IMG/VR virus record: IMGVR_UViG_3300020594_000131
Location: 1 to 25,720 of that record
DNA length: 25,720 nucleotides
From: a virus
Lineage: Duplodnaviria; Caudoviricetes
Direction: 5' to 3' (one strand)
Below, in pieces: positions 16,790-24,265 of the stretch (position 1 is its first letter; each line of letters starts with the position of its first letter). Position numbers and translations under genes: made by a program. A model generated the notes under the pieces. It was given only the letters and a program-made list of their open reading frames with translations. It ran no database searches and was not told where the DNA came from.

Positions 16790-17703
16790 AGAATACAAGA
16801 CATGGATCGCTCGCAGAACAGTTGAAGGCACTTATGGCGTATCGCAATCGACCGGAAGGTCAGCGAGAACCATTACAGACGAACTGGTCTGTTGCGCCTG
16901 GAGCGAATGACAATGACCCGGAGGAAGTCGCCGACATGCGTTACGAGCGGGACTGGCGGCAAACACCGTCCGTGCAAGCCATCATGCAAAACGTTGCGAC
17001 CGGCGATATCGAGAAGAACGGGAATGGACAGATTGTCCGCATAGGCAATCTGCGGTTCAGTGACGGTAACCAGACTGAAGTCGGATATGTGCTCGGCATA
17101 GACGGTGAAGTTATTCAGGCCGACATACGCATGCCGACCGGTGCAATGCTCGGCATGAAAGATAAGCCAGACCGAGCGTCGGGCGGCGGAGTAGACCCAA
17201 AGGATACCAAGGCCAGCAATCACTATTTTGAAGATATGCTTGGAACACTGCCGCATCGATATATTCCATCCGGCAAGCGCCGAAATGGTACGAATTACAG
17301 CGCTGAGGAATCCGCCCGAATTCTCGCAGATGCCTACGCAAACACCGACATGGAGAAGGTTACGTTCACACGATATCCAAAAGGGTTGCCGTGTGGCTCG
17401 CCCAAGGTGGCCGATAGTTTCCTCGGTATGCGAAAGACGACGTGTGCTGGTGGAGGAGACGAAGCGTGGGAAGATACACTGTCTGCGATGATCGATCGTG
17501 ATCTGTGGTTTGAAGCGCTTCAAGAGTTGAAGGACAGGGATCGGGATGTACTAGATGCCGCGTTGGAGGCGGCGAATTACACGGATGTCGGTATAGCAGC
17601 AGGGCAGTCTCGCCATTATGCCGACAAGCGCAGCGGTGGGCGTAAAGCACTGCTTGCTGCCAACGACAATCTAGCGGCTGCAATAAAAAAATATGCTGCG
17701 TAG
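16786..17703 (+). CDS. Phage protein, possible late transcription regulator with a C-terminal HTH-like region
   Basis: ATGA overlap with VRR-NUC; 'ALQELKDRDRDVLDAALEAANYTDVGIAAG' resembles a sigma region-4 HTH; last early gene before the late region. Function inferred from position. Confidence 0.6.
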   Translation: MKNTRHGSLAEQLKALMAYRNRPEGQREPLQTNWSVAPGANDNDPEEVADMRYERDWRQTPSVQAIMQNVATGDIEKNGNGQIVRIGNLRFSDGNQTEVGYVLGIDGEVIQADIRMPTGAMLGMKDKPDRASGGGVDPKDTKASNHYFEDMLGTLPHRYIPSGKRRNGTNYSAEESARILADAYANTDMEKVTFTRYPKGLPCGSPKVADSFLGMRKTTCAGGGDEAWEDTLSAMIDRDLWFEALQELKDRDRDVLDAALEAANYTDVGIAAGQSRHYADKRSGGRKALLAANDNLAAAIKKYAA

Positions 17704-17739
17704 GTAGGTATTCCGCGATCTCGTGCGGAGTATAGTGAA

Positions 17740-17975
17740 GGGGTTCAACCGCTATGCGGTTGCCCCGCACTGTTCCGTGCGCGAGGCGACGGACGCTCGG
17801 TCATGTTGCAGTTGGGTGCAACCGCTGAACCGGGCGTAACTTTCCAAAACAGCGCCCAAACCTCTGCTGTCGGCTTGTCCGGTATTATGTCTGGGCCTTC
17901 TCATTCCAGCGCCGTTTCTCCTCCGGCTGCTGGTTCGGCGGGTTGAGCCTATTGCGGTAGGTTCCCCGCCGAAAA
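17740..17975 (+). ncRNA. Candidate structured non-coding RNA / late leader made of tandem hairpins
   Basis: Six consecutive stem-loops downstream of a TATAGT -10-like hexamer (17731-17736); no convincing ORF. Confidence 0.4.
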
Positions 17976-17986
17976 TTCATTCGAGA

Positions 17987-18313
17987 CTAAGCGGCCATCT
18001 CCCGGCAAGTTGCGGCGCATAGATCGCAAGCCGCGACGCATTCGTCCATCCCATCGAGGTCTTCGCAGCTCTTTGAACAAGCCTCACATATTTCAGCGCA
18101 GGCTTTGCACACCGCTTGATGCAACGGCGTCCTCAAAAGCATGATATGTGCGCACGTCCTACATATCTCGGCACAGGCGAGCATTGTTCGGAAATGCACG
18201 GGTTCAACGTGCTCGCCACCTTCCTCAAGGCAATGTGTGGATGCCATCCCGATGCACGTCTGATAACAAGCCAAACAAGCATCAATACAGGCTTTCATCT
18301 CGTTATTGTTCAT
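17987..18313 (-). CDS. Cys-rich four-helix-bundle copper-storage protein (DUF326/Csp3-like)
   Basis: Repeated CxxxCxxC motifs ('CIDACLAC', 'CAEICRTC', 'CAEICEAC', 'CVAACDLCAATC'); GAGGA RBS before MNNNE; no signal peptide. Confidence 0.88.
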   Translation of the reverse strand: MNNNEMKACIDACLACYQTCIGMASTHCLEEGGEHVEPVHFRTMLACAEICRTCAHIMLLRTPLHQAVCKACAEICEACSKSCEDLDGMDECVAACDLCAATCREMAA

Positions 18314-18332
18314 CGTTCTTCCTCTCAACTGA

Positions 18333-18560
18333 TCAATGCGTCAGATTGCGTTTTTGCCAATATCGGTTCCGAAGTCTTGGTGCTAACCACCACGATATTG
18401 GCGGACTAAGCACAATGCTCGCTGCCACGACGATGGGTAGCCACAACATGGCGTTCACTGACAGGATTGGGATGGAAAGCACGGTTATCGCTCCAACGCC
18501 GAAAACAACGGCATTGACCATAATGTTGATCAAGGCAGCGATTTGAAATCGAACTGACAT
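18333..18560 (-). CDS. Small two-TM membrane protein
   Basis: AAGGAGG RBS; two hydrophobic segments and a basic tail; first gene of the operon with the DUF326 gene. Confidence 0.75.
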   Translation of the reverse strand: MSVRFQIAALINIMVNAVVFGVGAITVLSIPILSVNAMLWLPIVVAASIVLSPPISWWLAPRLRNRYWQKRNLTH

Positions 18561-18583
18561 AACTCGTTCCTCCTTACTTAAGG

Positions 18584-18608
18584 AACGCCGTGAGTGTTCG
18601 TCAGTTCC
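18584..18608 (-). promoter_or_regulatory. EcfG/RpoE2-type promoter for the membrane protein-DUF326 operon
   Basis: Minus strand GGAAC-tgacgaacactcacgg(16)-CGTT. Confidence 0.8.
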
Positions 18609-18621
18609 AAACCGAACTTTT

Positions 18622-18694
18622 CTGGATGTAGCTCAGTACGGCAGGTGACTCTTAATCAGCGGTGCGAAAGTTCAATTCCCACCTGCCGCAATCA
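18622..18694 (+). pseudogene. Degenerate tRNA-Lys(CTT) remnant
   Basis: 'TAGCTCAG' D-arm start; anticodon arm ggtga-CT-CTT-AA-tcagc; 'GTTCAATTC' T-loop-like. The D-loop is shortened, the T and acceptor stems are mispaired, and there is no CCA. Confidence 0.6.
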
Positions 18695-18714
18695 ATTGCC
18701 CATGTAGCAGACGA

Positions 18715-19125
18715 TTAGTCAGCAGTAACGGTATCAGCAAAGCACGTGGATATTGTTTTGTTGGCGCCTAGGTTTCTCGCCCATTCGGCAATCTTCGGAG
18801 CCTCTGCCTTTTCGGCGATACCACCCCAAACATCCTTGAATACAGGCTTTCCCGATGATGAGTTGAAGAAGAAATAGCCTGGATCTGCAATGGGGGTCGA
18901 CGCGTAGATTATCGTCCACGTGCCAGATTGGATGATTGAATCAATATCCACCTTTGAAGGGTTCACTTTCCCATTAAGGCTTTTCGCGATGAGTGGAGCG
19001 TACTGCTTTTTAAGATCCTTTGTGAGTGTTTGATTAACTCCTGCACATGGATCGGCAGCGTAGGAAGCTTGAGGATACAGTATTCCCAGAAACAGGATCA
19101 AGGCCGCATATCTTGAGTAAAGCAT
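18715..19125 (-). CDS. Exported hypothetical protein (moron)
   Basis: Signal peptide 'MLYSRYAALILFLGILYPQASYA-AD'; two Cys; AT-rich; AAGGA RBS. Confidence 0.75.
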   Translation of the reverse strand: MLYSRYAALILFLGILYPQASYAADPCAGVNQTLTKDLKKQYAPLIAKSLNGKVNPSKVDIDSIIQSGTWTIIYASTPIADPGYFFFNSSSGKPVFKDVWGGIAEKAEAPKIAEWARNLGANKTISTCFADTVTAD

Positions 19126-19233
19126 AAGGGTGGCTTCCTTTGAATATGACCGGTTCCGAAGATTGATTAAGCACAGAGATATATTTCTGTAAACATATTA
19201 ATACTATCTCGTGCCGATACTGATGGATGGCGA

Positions 19234-19524
19234 ATGACAGGTGATCCGAGGCCTTGGCGCAATTGGTACAAGCTCGCTCGATGGGAGCGCAGGCGACAAG
19301 AGTTGTTCGCAAAGCAACCGCTATGCGTCAAATGTCTTGAGCGTGAAGAGGTGACTGCGGCCGACACGGCCGACCACGTGGTGCCGCATCGTGGCGATCC
19401 AGAACTGTTCTGGCATGGTGAGCTGCAACCCCTCTGTGCCTCATGTCACAGTCGCATGAAACAGCGTGAAGAGCTCGGGCAGGACGTTGTTCGGTTCGAT
19501 GCGTCAGGCTGGCCAGTCGGTTGA
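19234..19524 (+). CDS. Packaging-associated HNH endonuclease (HK97 gp74-like)
   Basis: 'QPLCVKC...ADHVVPHRGDPELFW...LQPLCASCHS' immediately upstream of terS. Confidence 0.9.
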   Translation: MTGDPRPWRNWYKLARWERRRQELFAKQPLCVKCLEREEVTAADTADHVVPHRGDPELFWHGELQPLCASCHSRMKQREELGQDVVRFDASGWPVG

Positions 19525-19634
19525 CCACCCCCGGGGGCATCGAAAAGTCCAGGAGTGCGGTGCCCCCGGACCGGCGGGGTCCCACAGCGCACGCATCCGC
19601 AATTGAAAATATGACCCCATAAGGATTTCATTCC
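19525..19634. other. Probable cos packaging site region
   Basis: GC-rich spacer between HNH and terS; 9-bp IR ccgggggca 19531-19539 / tgcccccgg 19561-19569. The exact cut site cannot be determined. Confidence 0.5.
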
Positions 19635-20021
19635 ATGGCAAAGCCGAGAAATCCCCTCGGCAAAGCCAAAGTCGAGGGGCGGGACAAGAAAGACCCACAG
19701 CGCTTCAAAAACCGCGCAGACCCAGCCGCAAACGGCCCGCTTGGCGCTCCTCCCGTCTGGTTGAAGGACAACACCGATATCAAGGCGAAGTCAGCCTGGA
19801 AGTTGTTCGCGAAAGAGCTGCCGTGGCTGAATGAATCACACCGCACGCTTGTCGGCATGGCCTCAACTATTCAGGGTCGCATCATGGCCGGACAGGAAGT
19901 TGGTGTGCAGGCGATGAACTTGCTTCGACAGATGCTTGGCCAAATGGGCGCGACGCCTGCGGATGCCTCCAAGGTGGCAACGCCTGACGATGGCGAAGAA
20001 AAGGATGATCTGCTTGACTGA
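19635..20021 (+). CDS. terS: Terminase small subunit
   Basis: Position before terL; 'GAPPVWL...AKSAW' and 'QMGATPADASKV' (P27-family-like GxTPxxR/S). Confidence 0.8.
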   Translation: MAKPRNPLGKAKVEGRDKKDPQRFKNRADPAANGPLGAPPVWLKDNTDIKAKSAWKLFAKELPWLNESHRTLVGMASTIQGRIMAGQEVGVQAMNLLRQMLGQMGATPADASKVATPDDGEEKDDLLD

Positions 20022-21876
20022 TATGCCTGCGCTTGAGCGTGTGAGCGCTTATGCGCAAGCTGTCATTGATGGCAAAGAAGTCGCTGGCCCTCACGTTCGC
20101 AATGCGTGTCGCCGCCATTTCGATGATCTCGAACATGGTCACGAGCGCGGGCTGTATTGGGACGACGATGCTGCCGACCGCGTGTTTCGGTTCTTCGAAG
20201 GACGGCTCAAGCTTTCCGAAGGCCAGTTCGAAGGCAAGCCTTTCAAGCTGCATGCCTCGCAGGCTTTCAAGCTGGGTTCGCTGTTCGGCTGGAAACGTGC
20301 CGACGGATCGCGCCGCTTTCGCCGTGCTTACATCGAAGAGGGCAAAGGCAACGGTAAGTCGCCATTTGCCGGTGGGGTCGGTTTGTATGGCCTGATTGCC
20401 GACAAGGAGGCTGGCGCCCAGATCTATGCGGCGGCTGCCAAGAAAGAACAGGCGGGAATTCTCTTTCAGGACGCCGTTAAAATGGTGCGCGCCGCTCCTG
20501 CTCTGGTCGAGCGGTTGAAATTCAGCGGCGGTATCGGGCGCGAGTTCAATATCGCGCATCACAAGTCGCAATCGTTTTTTCGTCCGATCTCGAAGGATTC
20601 CGGCAAGTCTGGCTCTGGTCCGCGACCGCACTTCGCGCTTTGCGACGAGGTGCACGAACATCCCGACCGCTCGACCATGGAAATGCTGGAGCGCGGCTTC
20701 AAATTTCGTCGTCAGCCTCTGCTGTTGATGATTACGAACTCGGGCAGCGACAGAAACAGCATCTGCTGGGAAGAGCACGAGCACGCCGTCAAGGTGGCTG
20801 CTGGAACGCAGACGCCCGACGAGGATTTCGCCTATGTCGGCGAAGTGATCGACGACACAACGTTTTCCTACGTCTGCGCTCTGGACAAAGGCGACGATCC
20901 GCTCAAGGACGAAACCTGCTGGAAGAAAGCTAACCCGCTTCTCGGCGTTATCCTGACGCAGGAATATCTGGCCGGTGTTGTTGCTCAGGCAAAGCAAATG
21001 CCGGGCAAGCTGAACGGCATTCTTCGCCTGCATTTCTGCTGCTGGACCGATGCTGACAAGGCATGGATGCCACGCGAGACCGTCGAAAGCGTAATGGATG
21101 ACTTCGACCCCGAAGTCGAACACGCTGACAAGCCGGTCTTCATGGGAGTCGACCTGTCCGGCAGCAAGGATATGACCGTTCTGGCATGCGTTGTCCCGAT
21201 CGGCTTCAAGGAAATGGATCGGGAAGACGGATCTACCGTCAATCTGCCGACGTTTGATGCGTGGGTAGAGGCTTGGACGCCAGCTGACACGCTGGAGGCG
21301 CGAGAACAGGCTGACAAGGCGCCATATGCACTTTGGGTAAAACAGGGCTGGTTGAATGCTCCGCCCGGCAAGCGAATTCGATATGATTTTGTGGCCTCGC
21401 GGGTGCAGCAACTCGATCAGGCCTTCGACATCAAGGCTATCGCCTATGACCGTTACGCCTATGACAAGTTCCGCGAGGAAGTCGAAGCGCTCGGGTTAGA
21501 CATTGAACATGTCGCTCACCCACAGGGCGGCAAGATTCGGGCACGTCCCGAGCCTGCAAAGGTAGAAGCGGCGAAAGCTGCTGGCTTGCCCCCGCCGCAA
21601 GGCTTGTGGATGCCGGGTTCGGTTCTGGCGCTCGAAGACATGATTATCGACGGTCGCATTCGTATGCGGCGCAATCCGGTGCTCATGACCGCCCTGATGG
21701 GCGCAACCTTCGATCATGACCCGCAAGACAACCGGTGGTTCGTCAAGACGAAGGCATCGGTGCGCATCGACGCTGCTGTCGCTCTGGCAATGGCGGTTGG
21801 TGTGGCGATGGATACACCTATCGAACCAGCCGACATCGACGACTTCGTCAACAACATGATCACTATAACCTGGTAG
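20014..21876 (+). CDS. terL: Terminase large subunit
   Basis: 'RRFRRAYIEEGKGNGKS' Walker A, 'LCDEVHEH' Walker B, 'WKKANP', 'GVDLS', 'RIDAAVALAMA'. Start is TTG 20014 or ATG 20023. Confidence 0.95.
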   Translation: MTDMPALERVSAYAQAVIDGKEVAGPHVRNACRRHFDDLEHGHERGLYWDDDAADRVFRFFEGRLKLSEGQFEGKPFKLHASQAFKLGSLFGWKRADGSRRFRRAYIEEGKGNGKSPFAGGVGLYGLIADKEAGAQIYAAAAKKEQAGILFQDAVKMVRAAPALVERLKFSGGIGREFNIAHHKSQSFFRPISKDSGKSGSGPRPHFALCDEVHEHPDRSTMEMLERGFKFRRQPLLLMITNSGSDRNSICWEEHEHAVKVAAGTQTPDEDFAYVGEVIDDTTFSYVCALDKGDDPLKDETCWKKANPLLGVILTQEYLAGVVAQAKQMPGKLNGILRLHFCCWTDADKAWMPRETVESVMDDFDPEVEHADKPVFMGVDLSGSKDMTVLACVVPIGFKEMDREDGSTVNLPTFDAWVEAWTPADTLEAREQADKAPYALWVKQGWLNAPPGKRIRYDFVASRVQQLDQAFDIKAIAYDRYAYDKFREEVEALGLDIEHVAHPQGGKIRARPEPAKVEAAKAAGLPPPQGLWMPGSVLALEDMIIDGRIRMRRNPVLMTALMGATFDHDPQDNRWFVKTKASVRIDAAVALAMAVGVAMDTPIEPADIDDFVNNMITITW

Positions 21877-21884
21877 GAGTGCCC

Positions 21885-23123
21885 ATGGGCCTTTTGACTT
21901 GGGTCGGGAAGCCTTTCGGGCTTCTTTCCGGCCCATGGCGCGCATTCTTTGGAATGTCGACCACTAGCGGCGAGACGGTCACTTACGAGCACGCGATGCA
22001 GCTTGATGCTGTCTGGGCGTGTGTGAACCTGATTTCCAATGCCGTGAAAACTTTGCCCTGCAATGTCTACAAGGGCGACGGCGTTGACGTCGACCGTGAG
22101 AATCCGCTGTACGAACTGCTGCACGACTTACCGAATCTGGATGACAGCGCGTCTGATTTCTGGGGCATGGCTGCTCTTTGCCTCTGTCTTGATGGCAATT
22201 TCTTCGCCGAAAAGAAGAAAAATGGCGACCGGCTGGTAGCGCTGAACCCGTTCAATCCGCTTTGCGTCGATGTAAAGCGCGATGACCGGAACAACCGCTA
22301 CTACGAAGTCACCGAGCAGTACAAAAACGGCAAGAAGGGTGGCGTTCGCAAAATCCGCGAAGAAGACATGCTTCATGTCCGCGGATTGGTCATGCCTGGC
22401 TGCGATCGCGGCCTTTCGCCTATCGCCGCACAGCGCAATGTGATCGGCAACGCCATGGCCGGCGAAAAGACGTCGGGCCGCATGTTCAAGAACGGCATGA
22501 TGGCTTCGGTTGTCTTGTCATCGGATCAGGTGCTGAAGCCCGATCAGCGTAAGCAGATTGCAGAATCGTTGCAGGCATTCGCCGGCGCCGACAAGGCGGG
22601 TGGGATCGCGGTACTGGAGGCGGGTCTAACCCCGTCGCAGATCACCATCAACCCCAAAGACGCGCAGATGCTTGAGACGCGACAGTACAGCGTCGAGCAG
22701 ATCTGCCGCATCTTTGGCGTCCCACCTGTCATGATCGGACATGCCGCGAATGGCACGACGACATGGGGCAGCGGGATCGAACAATTGATCCTGCAGTTCA
22801 CCAAGACCTGCCTCACGCCCATGCTCAGAAGCATTGAATCGGCAATCTACCGCGACTTGCTTGATGCAAAGACCCGCAAAACGACCGTCGTCAAGTTCAA
22901 TATGGAAGGCCTGCTGCGCGGCGATAGTCAGGCGAGGGCAGAGTTCCTGCAGAAGATGGTTCAGAACGGCATCTACACGCCGAATGAGGCCAGAGCTTAC
23001 GAGAACAAGCCAAAGATGGACGGCGGCGACGAATTGATCGTCAATGGCACCATGCAGCCTCTGTCCATGGTCGGACACAACGGCGGCCCGCCGCTGGACG
23101 ATACACAGCCAAGCGCTGGATAA
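21885..23123 (+). CDS. HK97-family portal protein
   Basis: 'AVWACVNLISNAVKTLP', 'GLSPI', 'DAQMLETRQYSVEQICRIFGVPP', 'LLRGD', 'TPNEAR'; AGGAG RBS. Confidence 0.95.
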   Translation: MGLLTWVGKPFGLLSGPWRAFFGMSTTSGETVTYEHAMQLDAVWACVNLISNAVKTLPCNVYKGDGVDVDRENPLYELLHDLPNLDDSASDFWGMAALCLCLDGNFFAEKKKNGDRLVALNPFNPLCVDVKRDDRNNRYYEVTEQYKNGKKGGVRKIREEDMLHVRGLVMPGCDRGLSPIAAQRNVIGNAMAGEKTSGRMFKNGMMASVVLSSDQVLKPDQRKQIAESLQAFAGADKAGGIAVLEAGLTPSQITINPKDAQMLETRQYSVEQICRIFGVPPVMIGHAANGTTTWGSGIEQLILQFTKTCLTPMLRSIESAIYRDLLDAKTRKTTVVKFNMEGLLRGDSQARAEFLQKMVQNGIYTPNEARAYENKPKMDGGDELIVNGTMQPLSMVGHNGGPPLDDTQPSAG

Positions 23124-23132
23124 GGGAAATTC

Positions 23133-24251
23133 ATGAAGTTTGAGAACCTGATGGCCGCCTTCGAGGCGGAGCCGTGGGCGATTCAGCGCGAAAAACTAGG
23201 CATGTTGGCCGATATTATCGTTGCTCGTGCTGAAGGTGAAAAGCTGGTGTCGTCGGAGATGGCTACCGCTATCTCAGACGCCCGCGCCCGCGAAATCGCC
23301 AACGTTGACGGAAGCGTGGCCATTGTGCCGGTTTACGGCGTTCTGGCGAACAAAATGGACGCTTTCTCGGCAATGTCGGGCGGAACGTCTTATGCGGGCA
23401 TAAAAAAAGCGCTGCATTCTGCGCTCGCCAATGAAGACGTTAAGGCAGTTGTGCTGGATATCGACAGCCCGGGCGGATCGGTTCCCGGCACGGAAGAATT
23501 GGCCAACGAAATTCGATCGCTGCGAGGCGGTTCCAAACCGATTATCGCGCAGGTCAACAGTCTGGCGGCAAGTGCCGCTTACTGGATTGCGGCCAGTACA
23601 GACGAGATAGTAGTGACGCCTTCTGGGCGAGCCGGATCGATCGGGGTTTACACCGCCCACGACGATGTTTCGGCAGCGCTTGAGAAGCGCGGCGTCAAGA
23701 GAACCTATATTGCATCGACGCCTGAAAAGGTTGAGGGCAACGAGACTGCGCCGCTGAGCAAGGAAACCCTTGCACATATTCAGGACGGCGTGAACCGCTC
23801 CTACCGGGCTTTCCTTTCCGCCGTTGCGGAAGGACGCGGAACCACAGTCGGGAAAATCGAGGATGGCTACGGGCGGGGCAGGGTGTTCTATGCCGAGGCG
23901 CTGATGGACCGCGGCATGGTTGACCGTATTTCGACGCTTGAGCAGACGATTGCGCGCTACGGAGGTACATCTGAACCGGACACTGTACGTCGTATCAAGG
24001 CGGCTAATCAGGCACGCGCAGACGCCGCGCAGACGCTGGTCGCGAAGATGACCGCGGGCGAAGAAATTACAAAACGCGAATTCGAGAACGGCCTGAAGGG
24101 TCTTCTTGGTCTTTCGAATTCGGAGGCAGAGCGGGCCGCTCGGCTCTACCTCAAGTCTGATCAGGGGGAACCTGATGCTGATGCGGAAAACGCCGCTGTT
24201 TCGGCGGCCCTAGAACGGCTTTTGGCCGAAACACGCACTTTCACCATTTAG
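23133..24251 (+). CDS. S49 (SppA/ClpP-like) prohead maturation protease
   Basis: 'VVLDIDSPGGSV', 'AASAAYWIAA', 'AGSIGV', 'GMVDRI'; lies between portal and capsid. Confidence 0.92.
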   Translation: MKFENLMAAFEAEPWAIQREKLGMLADIIVARAEGEKLVSSEMATAISDARAREIANVDGSVAIVPVYGVLANKMDAFSAMSGGTSYAGIKKALHSALANEDVKAVVLDIDSPGGSVPGTEELANEIRSLRGGSKPIIAQVNSLAASAAYWIAASTDEIVVTPSGRAGSIGVYTAHDDVSAALEKRGVKRTYIASTPEKVEGNETAPLSKETLAHIQDGVNRSYRAFLSAVAEGRGTTVGKIEDGYGRGRVFYAEALMDRGMVDRISTLEQTIARYGGTSEPDTVRRIKAANQARADAAQTLVAKMTAGEEITKREFENGLKGLLGLSNSEAERAARLYLKSDQGEPDADAENAAVSAALERLLAETRTFTI

Positions 24252-24265
24252 TATCAGGAGGACGT

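Noticed and set aside
45-17670. gccaacgacaa as a DNA-level repeat or operator
   Set aside because: Copies are in frame as A-N-D-N with synonymous variation, which fits a peptide motif better.
17753-17905. About 50-codon minus-strand ORF behind GGAGGAG
   Set aside because: SD spacing of 13 nt is too long and the peptide is featureless; RNA structure explains the region better.
18590-18608. Alphaproteobacterial LexA box (GTTC-N7-GTTC)
   Set aside because: The GTTC repeats are spaced by 4 nt, not 7.
19882-21411. 509-aa minus-strand ORF and other long antisense ORFs
   Set aside because: Shadow frames of terL and other well-supported GC-rich genes; no motifs or RBS.
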